From an uncultured Verrucomicrobiae bacterium (GTDB lineage Bacteria; Verrucomicrobiota; Verrucomicrobiia; Chthoniobacterales; Chthoniobacteraceae), in assembly GCA_963769025.1 (NCBI GenBank), contig CAVYKI010000011.1:1-27667 (forward strand): a DNA stretch of 27,667 nucleotides. The letters run 5' to 3'. The translations under genes were made by a program, and so were the position numbers. The notes under the pieces are model-generated. The model saw nothing but the letters and a program-made list of their open reading frames with translations. It was not told where the DNA came from and did no database searches. Below, piece by piece: positions 1 to 8,213 of the stretch (within the stretch, counting starts at the first letter, position 1; each line of letters opens with the position of its first letter).

Positions 1-693
1 AAAAAGATCCTCCTCCTCCTCGTCTGCCTCGTCACCGCTGCGAACGCACAGAAGCCCGACGCCAAGCCCCAGCAGCGTGCCCCGAAAAAACCCGACGCCT
101 CGCTCGCTGCGATCACCGACGAACCGGGCCTGCCGCGCGTGCTGCTCATCGGCGACAGCATCTCGATCGGCTACACTTTGCCAACGCGCGCATTGCTGAA
201 AGGAAAGGCCAACGTCCACCGCATCCCCACCAACGGCGGATCGACCCGGGACGGCATCGCAAAAATCGAGAGCTGGCTCGGCACCGGAAAATGGGACGTG
301 ATCCATTTCAACTGGGGCCTGCATGACCTGAAGCATTTCAAGGATGGAAAGATGGACCTGGCCGCGCCGCAGGTTTCATCGCTCGAAGAATACGAGAAGA
401 ACCTGCGCGCACTGGTGAAGCGCATGAAGGCCACCGGCGCGAAGCTCATCTGGGCCAACACCACTCCGGTCCCCGAGGGAAGCAGCGGCCGGGTGCATGC
501 CGACGAGCTGAAATACAACGCCGCCGCCGCGCGCGTGATGAATGACGAAGGCATCCCGACCGACGACCTCCACGCGATCTGCCTGAACAACAGCGGCTGG
601 CAGTTGCCGCAGAATGTCCATTTCACACCCGAGGGCTCTGCCGGACTCGCGGCGAAGGTCGCCGCCGAAATCGAGGCCGCGCTGAAGAAGTAG
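1..693 (+). CDS. SGNH/GDSL hydrolase family protein, secreted; 5' end (start codon) just outside the window
   Basis: Frame 1 is open from base 1: KKILLLLVCLVTAANA (signal-peptide-like), then LLIGDSIS (block I Ser), FNWGLHD (block III-like), and NVHF (DxxH-like block V). Stop TAG at 691-693. Confidence 0.9.
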   Translation, partial: KKILLLLVCLVTAANAQKPDAKPQQRAPKKPDASLAAITDEPGLPRVLLIGDSISIGYTLPTRALLKGKANVHRIPTNGGSTRDGIAKIESWLGTGKWDVIHFNWGLHDLKHFKDGKMDLAAPQVSSLEEYEKNLRALVKRMKATGAKLIWANTTPVPEGSSGRVHADELKYNAAAARVMNDEGIPTDDLHAICLNNSGWQLPQNVHFTPEGSAGLAAKVAAEIEAALKK

Positions 694-705
694 GCGCCCG
701 CGCGG

Positions 706-1317
706 CTACATCCCGTCAGCGGGGGAATTCACGGCTTTCGCGCTCACCACGTAGAAGAGCTCGCACGCGCCGTTCCCGCTGTCCTCGCGCGTCGTCGAGG
801 AGTTCCACGTCCTGCCTTCCGGGCCGGCGGCATTCACGAGGAAGCCATCCATTTTCAAAATCTGCCCCACGCGGAGGCCGCGGATCACACCCTTCACTTC
901 GGCGTTCGCGGAGATGAGGTGATTGTTCGCGGCGGAGACCTTGATCTCCTCCGGCGGAATCGCCGGCTGGTCTGCCCACTCGTAGAAAAAGAACCGGTTG
1001 CCCATGCTGATCTCGAATTGATCGAGCACGGCCTGATCGGTCATCCGCTTCCAGCCGATGGCGACGTCGATCGGCACAAGGTCGGAATTGGGATCGCCGT
1101 AATAGCGCTTGGTGCCCAGCACCCGGCCGCGCACGTGATACTCGGCGACTGCGGTGAGATTCCAGCCGGCGACGGTCCCGAGCGATTTCCACGGGATGTC
1201 CGTTTGCGCCGGCGGCTCCGGCACGAGCACGCCTGCCGGATGCGTGATGGGTCGCCGGGGCATGAACAGCCAGACCGCTCCCGACAGCAGGAGCAGGAAG
1301 ACAAGTTTCGGGAGCAT
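706..1317 (-). CDS. Conserved hypothetical protein with N-terminal membrane anchor/signal
   Basis: MLPKLVFLLLLSGAVWLF hydrophobic N-terminus followed by a globular, coding-like region (PIDVAIGW...SAANNHLI...GFLV...W.SSTTREDSGNGACE). Start chosen at ATG 1317; alternative ATG 1335. Confidence 0.75.
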   Translation of the reverse strand: MLPKLVFLLLLSGAVWLFMPRRPITHPAGVLVPEPPAQTDIPWKSLGTVAGWNLTAVAEYHVRGRVLGTKRYYGDPNSDLVPIDVAIGWKRMTDQAVLDQFEISMGNRFFFYEWADQPAIPPEEIKVSAANNHLISANAEVKGVIRGLRVGQILKMDGFLVNAAGPEGRTWNSSTTREDSGNGACELFYVVSAKAVNSPADGM

Positions 1318-1396
1318 CCGGATGAACATCGCCATCACCCCCTCCAAAGCAAAACCGATGCCGCGGGCCGTGGCGCGGCCCGGCGAGGAATCACGA

Positions 1397-1425
1397 TTGC
1401 ACAGCCGCGGCCCGCTGTTCAGCGT
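1397..1425 (+). promoter_or_regulatory. Putative sigma70-type promoter (TTGCAC-17-CAGCGT), 7 nt upstream of the ThuA-like start
   Basis: TTGCAC 1397-1402, 17-nt spacer, CAGCGT 1420-1425, ATG at 1433. The same layout recurs at 2268 and 8176. Confidence 0.45.
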
Positions 1426-1432
1426 CCGCCCC

Positions 1433-2245
1433 ATGAAGCGCATCCTCTCCCTCATCGCACTCACCCTCGGCATTGCCGGACTTTTCACGCCCTCCCGAGC
1501 CGCCGACGAAAAGACAAATCCGCTCCGCGCCCTGATGGTCTGCGGCGGATGCTGCCACGACTACACGAGCCAGAAGAAGATCCTCTCCGAGGGCATCACC
1601 GCGCAGGCGAACGTCGAGTGGACCATCGTGCAGGAAGGCGCGCCGAAGGGTGCGGACGAACGCAGCCATCGCGTGAGCATTTACGAGAAGCCCGAGTGGT
1701 GGAAAGGCTACGACGTCGTGGTCCACAACGAATGCTTCGGCATGGTCGCGGACAACGCATTCATCGAGGGCATCACCGCCGCGCACAAGGCCGGCGTGCC
1801 CGCGGTCTTCCTGCATTGCTCGTCGCACAGCTACCGCGCTGGCACGACCGACGAGTGGCGCAAGTGCGTCGGCATCACGTCACGCAGCCATGAGAAAAAC
1901 CGCGACCTGACAGTGAAGGTGATCAAGGCCGATCATCCCGTGATGAAAGGCTTCCCCGCCGAGTGGCTCAACCCGAAGGACGAACTCTACAAAAACGAAT
2001 TCGTCTGGCCGAACACCGTGCCGCTCGCGAAGGCGTACGGCGAGGACACGAAGCAGGACCACACGGTAATCTGGGTGAACACCTATGAAGGCACGCGCGT
2101 ATTCACCACGACGCTCGGACACAACAATTCCACGATGGCCGCGCCGGAGTTCCTCGGTCTCGTCACGCGCGGCCTGCTGTGGGCGTGCGGCAAGCTGACC
2201 GATGACGGCAAGCCCGCCGCAGGATTCGGCCCCGGAGGAAAGTAG
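1433..2245 (+). CDS. ThuA-like (class I glutamine amidotransferase-like) domain protein, secreted
   Basis: Signal peptide MKRILSLIALTLGIAG...; motifs GGCCHDY, YDVVVHNEC, LHCSSHSY, HPVMKGFP, DELY, RVFTTTLGH typical of ThuA-domain proteins. Confidence 0.85.
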   Translation: MKRILSLIALTLGIAGLFTPSRAADEKTNPLRALMVCGGCCHDYTSQKKILSEGITAQANVEWTIVQEGAPKGADERSHRVSIYEKPEWWKGYDVVVHNECFGMVADNAFIEGITAAHKAGVPAVFLHCSSHSYRAGTTDEWRKCVGITSRSHEKNRDLTVKVIKADHPVMKGFPAEWLNPKDELYKNEFVWPNTVPLAKAYGEDTKQDHTVIWVNTYEGTRVFTTTLGHNNSTMAAPEFLGLVTRGLLWACGKLTDDGKPAAGFGPGGK

Positions 2246-2267
2246 CACCCCGGCCGGAAAAGGGACG

Positions 2268-2297
2268 TTGCATCGCGCGCAAGGCGGTTGCTAGCGT
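2268..2297 (+). promoter_or_regulatory. Putative sigma70-type promoter (TTGCAT-18-TAGCGT) for the DUF485-actP operon
   Basis: TTGCAT 2268-2273, TAGCGT 2292-2297, ATG 8 nt later at 2306, no SD. Confidence 0.5.
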
Positions 2298-2305
2298 CGC
2301 GCCTC

Positions 2306-2638
2306 ATGACCACCCCGCCCCCCTCCGACTGGACGCGGATCGCAAACGATCCCGCATTTCTGGAACTCAAACGGGCGCGCAAGCGGTTCACCATTCCCGC
2401 GACGATCTTCTTCCTCGTGTATTACACCGCGCTGCCGGTCCTCGTCGGGTTCTTCCCGGAGCTCATGAAAAAGCCGGTCCTCGGCAAGGTGAACGTCGCA
2501 TACCTTTTCGCCCTCTCTCAATTCATCATGACGTGGGTGCTCTGCGGCATGTACGTCCGCGTGGCGCGCCGCTGGGATGCGATGAACGCCGCCCTGCTCT
2601 CGCGCCTCGCACCATCCAACGTCACGACCTCGAACTAG
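2306..2638 (+). CDS. DUF485 (YjcH-like) small inner-membrane protein, partner of ActP
   Basis: DPAFLELKRARKRF, two hydrophobic segments, YLFALSQFIMTW...YVR.A...D pattern; lies 7 nt upstream of an actP-like gene, the canonical arrangement. Confidence 0.9.
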   Translation: MTTPPPSDWTRIANDPAFLELKRARKRFTIPATIFFLVYYTALPVLVGFFPELMKKPVLGKVNVAYLFALSQFIMTWVLCGMYVRVARRWDAMNAALLSRLAPSNVTTSN

Positions 2639-2645
2639 ACCGCCA

Positions 2646-4259
2646 ATGCTCTTCACCCTCGCATTCATCAAGCCCGCGCTCGGGCTCTTTCTCGGTTTCG
2701 TGGCGCTGACGCTCGTCATCACCTATTTCAGCGCGCGCAAGGCCAAGGGCAGCGCGGCCTATTTCGCCGCGGGGCGCAGCATCACCGGCTGGCAGAACGG
2801 CCTCGCCGTCGCGGGCGACTACATGAGCGCCGCGAGCTTCCTGGGCATCAGCGGCATCATCTGCCTGAAGGGCTACGACGGCTTCATGTACAGCGTCGGC
2901 TTCCTCGTCGCCTACCTCACCGTGCTCTTCCTCGTCGCCGAGCCGCTGCGAAATGCGGGCAAGTACACGATGGCCGATCTGCTCGCCTACCGCCTCAGCC
3001 CGCGGCCGGTGCGCGCGATGGCTTCCCTTTCCACGCTCACCGTTTCCACGTTCTACATGATCGCGCAGATGGTCGGCGCGGGCGGCATCATCAAGGTGCT
3101 CATCGGCATTGATTTCGTACCCGCGGTCATCGGCGTGGGCGTGCTCATGCTCATCTATGTCGTCTTCGGCGGGATGCTCGCGACGACCTGGGTGCAAATC
3201 ATCAAGGCCATCCTGCTCATGGCCGGTGCATTTGCGCTCAGCTGGATGGTGCTTGGCCGCCACGGCTACAGCCTCACGAGCTTTTTCGACGCCGTCTCCG
3301 CCGCCGACTACGCCGGCACGAAGGCGCCCGTGAATCTCCTCGATCCCGGCCTCGCCTATGGCGCGACGGAGAAAAATCCGTGGGGCGCCGTGGACTTCCT
3401 CTCGCTCGCGCTCGGCCTCGTGCTCGGCACTGCGGGACTGCCGCACATCCTCGTCCGCTTCTACACGGTGCCGGATGCAAAGACCGCGCGCGTCTCCGTC
3501 GTCTGGGCCACGGCGATCATCGGCGTCTTCTACATCCTCACCACGTTCTTCGGATTCGGCGCGGCGACTCTGCTGAAAATCACCGACATCCCGCTCGACG
3601 CCGCGGGCAAGCCGGACGGCAACATGGTCGCGCCCATCCTCGCGCAGATCCTCGGCGGCGAATGGTTCTTTGCGTTCATCAGCGCGGTGGCGTTCGCCAC
3701 GATCCTCGCGGTGGTCGCCGGCCTCACGATGAGCGCCTCGACTTCCTTCGCGCACGATTTCTTCACAAACGTCATCCACCACGGCAAGGAGCACCGGCCC
3801 GGAGAGGAGGTCTTCGTCGCGCGCATCACGGCATTCGTCGTCGGCGCCATGTCCATCTTCCTCGCCATCCAGCTCCGCTCGCTGAACGTCGCCTTCCTCG
3901 TCGGACTCGCCTTCGCCGTCGCGGCGTCGGCGAATCTCCCGGTGATCCTGATGAGCATTTTCTGGAAGCGCTTCAACACCACCGGCGCGGTCGCCGGGCT
4001 GGCCGTCGGCCTCGGCAGCAGCATGCTGCTCATCATCCTCAGTCCTTCCATCATGGACCCGAGCGGTGCCGCATTCATCAAGGCCGAGCCGATTTTCCCG
4101 CTGCGAAACCCCGGCATTGTGAGCATCCCGCTCGGCTTCCTCGCCGCATGGATCGGCACGCTTCTCGGCGCGCGCGATCCGCACGCAGAGTCGAAGTTCG
4201 ACGAACTCAACGTCCGCGCGACGACCGGCCTCGGCGCGGAGAAGGCGACTTCACACTGA
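2646..4259 (+). CDS. actP: Cation/acetate (monocarboxylate) symporter, sodium:solute symporter family
   Basis: YFAAGRSITGWQNGLAVAGDYMSAASFLGISG, AEPLRNAGKYTMAD, GGMLATTWVQIIKA, GTAGLPHILVRFYTVP, AFAVAASANLP are ActP hallmark motifs. Confidence 0.93.
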   Translation: MLFTLAFIKPALGLFLGFVALTLVITYFSARKAKGSAAYFAAGRSITGWQNGLAVAGDYMSAASFLGISGIICLKGYDGFMYSVGFLVAYLTVLFLVAEPLRNAGKYTMADLLAYRLSPRPVRAMASLSTLTVSTFYMIAQMVGAGGIIKVLIGIDFVPAVIGVGVLMLIYVVFGGMLATTWVQIIKAILLMAGAFALSWMVLGRHGYSLTSFFDAVSAADYAGTKAPVNLLDPGLAYGATEKNPWGAVDFLSLALGLVLGTAGLPHILVRFYTVPDAKTARVSVVWATAIIGVFYILTTFFGFGAATLLKITDIPLDAAGKPDGNMVAPILAQILGGEWFFAFISAVAFATILAVVAGLTMSASTSFAHDFFTNVIHHGKEHRPGEEVFVARITAFVVGAMSIFLAIQLRSLNVAFLVGLAFAVAASANLPVILMSIFWKRFNTTGAVAGLAVGLGSSMLLIILSPSIMDPSGAAFIKAEPIFPLRNPGIVSIPLGFLAAWIGTLLGARDPHAESKFDELNVRATTGLGAEKATSH

Positions 4260-5427
4260 CCTTCGCCTTCGCACCCAGCACGCGCGCGCCCGGCTTGAAG
4301 AGCCGCGCGTGTTCGTCGAGCAGGTAGCGGTCCGTCATTCCCGAGACGTAGTCGCACACGGTGCGATGAACGCCACCCTGCCCCACGCGGCGCGCGGTCG
4401 CCTCGCCGAGGAGCGCCGGCTTTTTCAGATACGCCGTAAAAACATCGCCGAGCATGTCACACGCGGCGGTGTTCGCGCCGGCGACCCTCGGGTGGTAGTA
4501 GAGATGCTTGTAGAGGAATTTGCGGAGTTGCAGGTTCGCCCGGCGCAGCGGGTCGCTGTAGGCGATAAGCGGCTTCGAGTACGCACGCACGTCGGCGGCG
4601 CTGCGCACGCCGGAGGCATCGATGCGCGCGGAACTCGTGCGGATGACATCCGCCACCTGCCGGTCGATCATGCATCGGATGACATACGCCCGCAGCGCGG
4701 AGCCCTTGAGCTTTGGAAAATTGCTCCGCACCTCCCCTTCGGTCTCCTGCCACGCCTGCAGCTCGCGGAGCTGCTTCGGATCGAGCAGGCGAAAGTCGAG
4801 CCCGTCGTCGATGTCGTGGCTGTAGTACGTGATTTCATCCGCAAGGTTCGCCACCTGCGCCTCGAGCGAAGGCTGTGAGGTCCGCTTCCCGCCGGGCTTC
4901 GCGCTCTCGTAAAAGCGCGCGTGCTTCTGGAGCCCCTCGCGCACCTCGTGGCTGAGGTTCAGGCCGGGAAACTTCGGGTAGCGCGTCTCGATCACGTCCA
5001 CGATGCGGAGACTCTGCTCGTTGTGATCAAATCCGCCGTGGTCGCACATCAGCTCATCCAGCGTCTCCTCGCCCGTGTGGCCAAAAGGCGGATGCCCGAG
5101 GTCGTGCGCGAGCGCGATCGCCTCGGCGAGATCCTCGTTCAGCCCGAGCGCGCGCGCGACGGTGCGCGTGATGTTTGCCACCTCGAAGGTGTGCGTGAGC
5201 CGCGTCCGCAGGTGATCGCCCGTGCCGTTCAGAAACACCTGCGTCTTGTATTCCAGCCGCCGGAACGCGCGGCTGTGGATGACGCGCGCGCGGTCACGCT
5301 GGTAGTCCGTGCGATGCGGATGCTTCGGCTCGGGATAGGCGCGCCCCTCGGAGTCTCCCGACTTTTGCGCGTAAGACGCCAGCACCACGCGTTCCTGCGC
5401 CTCGAGTTCCACCCGCGTGCGGATCAC
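4207..5427 (-). CDS. dgt: Deoxyguanosinetriphosphate triphosphohydrolase (HD-domain dNTPase)
   Basis: RTDYQRDRARVIHSRAFRRLEYKTQVF, RTRLTH, AHDLGHPPFGH.GE, DEITYYSHDIDDG, DYVSGMTDRY. GTG start overlaps the upstream TGA (GTGA). Confidence 0.93.
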   Translation of the reverse strand: MIRTRVELEAQERVVLASYAQKSGDSEGRAYPEPKHPHRTDYQRDRARVIHSRAFRRLEYKTQVFLNGTGDHLRTRLTHTFEVANITRTVARALGLNEDLAEAIALAHDLGHPPFGHTGEETLDELMCDHGGFDHNEQSLRIVDVIETRYPKFPGLNLSHEVREGLQKHARFYESAKPGGKRTSQPSLEAQVANLADEITYYSHDIDDGLDFRLLDPKQLRELQAWQETEGEVRSNFPKLKGSALRAYVIRCMIDRQVADVIRTSSARIDASGVRSAADVRAYSKPLIAYSDPLRRANLQLRKFLYKHLYYHPRVAGANTAACDMLGDVFTAYLKKPALLGEATARRVGQGGVHRTVCDYVSGMTDRYLLDEHARLFKPGARVLGAKAKVSVKSPSPRRGRSSRGR

Positions 5428-5741
5428 TTCGGCTCCCCCTTTGTCTTCTCGTCGATCTCCGCGATTTCCCGCTCCAACCGCGCCCGCATCGCGCGCGCGG
5501 TCGCGCGGATGATCAGGATGTCAAAAACCGCGAGCAGCACGCCCGTGAGCGTGATCCACCCGCACAGCGCCCAATAGATGAAGTAGAGCCACACGTGCTG
5601 CCTCGCCCACTCGTCCGACATGAGCCACGACCCGAGAAAGAGCATCACCAGAGCCACGGACATCAGCCACAGCATCACATTTCGCCGCGTCCTCGTGTCG
5701 CGGAGGACGCCTTTGGTGAGCAGAATGACGAGGCGGAACAT
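5424..5741 (-). CDS. Small membrane hypothetical protein (2 TM), translationally coupled to dgt
   Basis: MFRLVILLTKGVLRD..RRNVMLWLMSVALVMLFLGSW...YFIYWALCGWITLTGVLLAVFD then a charged helix; 4-nt overlap with the dgt start. Confidence 0.75.
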   Translation of the reverse strand: MFRLVILLTKGVLRDTRTRRNVMLWLMSVALVMLFLGSWLMSDEWARQHVWLYFIYWALCGWITLTGVLLAVFDILIIRATARAMRARLEREIAEIDEKTKGEPK

Positions 5742-5878
5742 GATCGATGTTTCGTTCTCCGCCCGCGCAACGTCGAGAAAAGAAACCGCCATCTCCTCCC
5801 AGCGCTCTCGTCGTCCATGCTCCGTTTCAAATGCAACCTTGGCCACTCGGGCCGCCTGCGATACGTCGTCCGAAATCC

Positions 5879-7366
5879 GTGAGCAACCATGAGCCACTTG
5901 AACTTGCGCGCCATCACCACCGAGCAGGGCGCTTGGCGGAGGCGGAAGCCATCTACCGCGAGATCCTGGCCACCGATCCGCGTGAAGCGGATGCGCTGCA
6001 CTTGCTCGGAGTCATCGCCGGGCAGACCGGCAGGCGTGAAGCCGCCGTTGAATGGTTCCGCCAGTCCGTCGTGATCCGGCCCGACCATCCGGAAGTTCAC
6101 AAAAATCTCGGCGTCGCACTGAAGGACATCGGACGGATCGATGAAGCCATCGACGCGTACCGCACGGCCATCGCCCTCAAGCCCGACTACGCCGAAGCCC
6201 ACAAGAATCTCGGCAGCGCGCTTTATCTCAAAGGCCGGCACGACGAGGCCATCGACGCGTACCGCCAGGCCATCGCGCACAGACCAGCGTTTGCCGAAGC
6301 GTATGGGAATCTCGGCGCGGCTCTCACCGCCGCGCGCCGGCTCGACGAAGCGGTTGCCGCGTGCCGCGAGGCCATCGCGCTCCGGCCTGGAAATCCCGAA
6401 GCCCACAACAACCTCGGCAATGCGCTGCACGACCAAGGTCATTTCGCAGAGGCCATCGCCGCCTACCGCGCCGCGCTCTTGCTCAAGCCCGATTTCGCAC
6501 CTGCATGCAACAATCTCGGCATCGCACTCCACGCCAGCGGCCAGCGCGATGAAGCCATCGTCGCGTATCGCCGGGCGATCGAATTGCAGCCCGACAACGC
6601 GGAAATCTTCGGCAACCTCGGCAACGTCCTGAAACAGCAGGGCCGCCTCGACGAAGCCGTCGCCGCCTATCGCATCGCCGTCCGTCTGAAGCCCGGTTCG
6701 CCCGACTGGCAGCACATCCTCGCGGCGCTCACCGGCGATCAATCCTCGACGACCACCCCCGCCAGCTACGTCCGGAAGCTCTTCGATCCGTACGCCCGCG
6801 AATTCGACGATCATCTCGTCGGAAAGCTCGGCTATCACGTGCCACAGCAACTCCTCGAAGCAGTCCTCGCCGTCGCCCGAGGAAGGCAGTTCGACATCCT
6901 GGATCTCGGCTGCGGCACCGGGCTCTGCGGCGCCCCATTTCGCTCCATCGCGAAAAGTCTCACCGGCGTGGACCTCTCCCCCGCGATGATCGCGAAAGCC
7001 GGCGCACGCGGCATCTACGACAGCCTCATCACCGCCGATCTCGCCGAGGCCCTGCAGGTGGAGGAAAGCTACGACCTCCTTCTTGCGGGCGACCTCTTCA
7101 TCTACGTCGGCGATCTCGGTCCGATCTTCCCCGCGGCAGCCCGCGTCCTGCGTCCCGGCGGGCTCTTCGCCCTTTCCCTCGAACGCCATGACGGCGAAGG
7201 TTTCATCCTCCACTCGAAAGTGCGCTTCGCACATTCGCTTTCCTATATCCGCGAACTGTCCATCCGCCACGGCTTCGCCGAACTCCACGTCCGCGAAGTG
7301 ACCCTCCGCAAAAGCGGCCCGCATGACGTGCCCGGCTGGATCGTGGTGCTCCAGAAGCACGGTTAG
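5879..7366 (+). CDS. TPR-repeat protein with C-terminal class I SAM-dependent methyltransferase (COG4976-like)
   Basis: About 8 TPR units (AH.NLG.AL...GR.DEAI.AYR.AI.LKP), then YVRKLFDPYAREFD.HLV..LGY, ILDLGCGTGLCG, GVDLSPAM, LRPGGLF. GTG start at 5879 inferred. Confidence 0.88.
   Translation: MSNHEPLELARHHHRAGRLAEAEAIYREILATDPREADALHLLGVIAGQTGRREAAVEWFRQSVVIRPDHPEVHKNLGVALKDIGRIDEAIDAYRTAIALKPDYAEAHKNLGSALYLKGRHDEAIDAYRQAIAHRPAFAEAYGNLGAALTAARRLDEAVAACREAIALRPGNPEAHNNLGNALHDQGHFAEAIAAYRAALLLKPDFAPACNNLGIALHASGQRDEAIVAYRRAIELQPDNAEIFGNLGNVLKQQGRLDEAVAAYRIAVRLKPGSPDWQHILAALTGDQSSTTTPASYVRKLFDPYAREFDDHLVGKLGYHVPQQLLEAVLAVARGRQFDILDLGCGTGLCGAPFRSIAKSLTGVDLSPAMIAKAGARGIYDSLITADLAEALQVEESYDLLLAGDLFIYVGDLGPIFPAAARVLRPGGLFALSLERHDGEGFILHSKVRFAHSLSYIRELSIRHGFAELHVREVTLRKSGPHDVPGWIVVLQKHG
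6143..6673 (+). repeat. 102-bp-period coding repeats (TPR units)
   Basis: GA(A/G)GCC(A/G)TCG.CGC.TA.CGC-like motif at 6143, 6245, 6347, 6449, 6551 and 6653, exactly 102 nt (34 codons) apart. Confidence 0.85.
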
Positions 7367-7428
7367 CCCGCCATTGTGGAGCAGATCCGGGTGGCGACCG
7401 GCGGACGCAAAACGCGCGAACAACCCCG

Positions 7429-7452
7429 AGCCCGGCCACATGCAACCGGGCT
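7429..7452 (-). terminator. Hairpin between convergent genes, possible terminator
   Basis: AGCCCGG/CCGGGCT inverted repeat, extended by G-U pairs on the minus strand, just downstream of the 7462..8019 stop. U-tract is weak. Confidence 0.35.
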
Positions 7453-7461
7453 GGCGGAGCG

Positions 7462-8019
7462 CTAAACCTTTCTCGAAAACTTCCTGCGCAGGACAAACCC
7501 GATCGCCTTCCACCGGCGAGTGAAGTGCCCGCCGCGCGGCAGCCACGACTTGATCGCATTTTTCCATCGGACCACCGCCGCCCACGCCGGCATAGACTTG
7601 ATGGCTGCGTAGAGCCGGGTCTTCAGCCGGACGATCCATTCGTAGAGCCGGCGAAACCACCCGACCGTCAGCAGACTCGGCCGGCACACCGCAAAGATGC
7701 GCGCGACAATAGCTGTGCCGACGACCTTCGCCGCGAGGATGACGAACAGCCCGCTGAGAGGGTGACCTTGCGCAATCAGGAAGAGCGCGGCGATCTTCAC
7801 AGGCATCAGCATCACGCCCGGGATGAAGAACACCGCCATCGCACCGTACGGCGGCAGCGCGGCGAGCCGTTGCTCCAGCCAGCGGAATATGCGCGCGCGA
7901 GCCACCCACCCCATGAACGTGGCAAGATGATCCCACAGCCACTCCTCAAAAAACATGATCGCCGCCGCGAGGATCACCATCGGCGGGTAGAACAGTTTTT
8001 TGAGGAAGCGGCGGATCAT
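7462..8019 (-). CDS. Hypothetical membrane protein
   Basis: 185 aa with 3 hydrophobic segments, FFEEWLWD and PVKIAAL...AKVVGTAIVARIF motifs, and a basic amphipathic C-terminus. Confidence 0.8.
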   Translation of the reverse strand: MIRRFLKKLFYPPMVILAAAIMFFEEWLWDHLATFMGWVARARIFRWLEQRLAALPPYGAMAVFFIPGVMLMPVKIAALFLIAQGHPLSGLFVILAAKVVGTAIVARIFAVCRPSLLTVGWFRRLYEWIVRLKTRLYAAIKSMPAWAAVVRWKNAIKSWLPRGGHFTRRWKAIGFVLRRKFSRKV

Positions 8020-8175
8020 GAAAATCGGTTCGCGGACAATGCCGAGGGAGCATGAGTCACTCCACCTTCAAAAATGTCACGCGACAGGATCCCGCCATTG
8101 GGACATCGCTCCGGCCGATTCGCATCTCTCCGGGGCAGCACGGCAACGGCGCCACCGCAGTCCCTTTCCCCTCTA

Positions 8176-8204
8176 TTGCACACGTCGGCGGCGGATTGTA
8201 TTGT
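8176..8204 (+). promoter_or_regulatory. Putative sigma70-type promoter (TTGCAC-17-TATTGT)
   Basis: TTGCAC 8176-8181, TATTGT 8199-8204, GTG start 9 nt later at 8214. Confidence 0.55.
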
Positions 8205-8213
8205 GACCTTACC

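Noticed and set aside
2622..4184. 520-aa minus-strand ORF
   Set aside because: Antisense shadow of actP.
4207..5427. Anti-phage defence island centred on the dGTPase
   Set aside because: The neighbours are metabolic/housekeeping genes with uniform composition, and there are no mobility or other defence genes.
5675..7942. 755-aa minus-strand ORF with periodic pattern
   Set aside because: Antisense shadow of the TPR-methyltransferase; its periodicity mirrors the TPR repeats.
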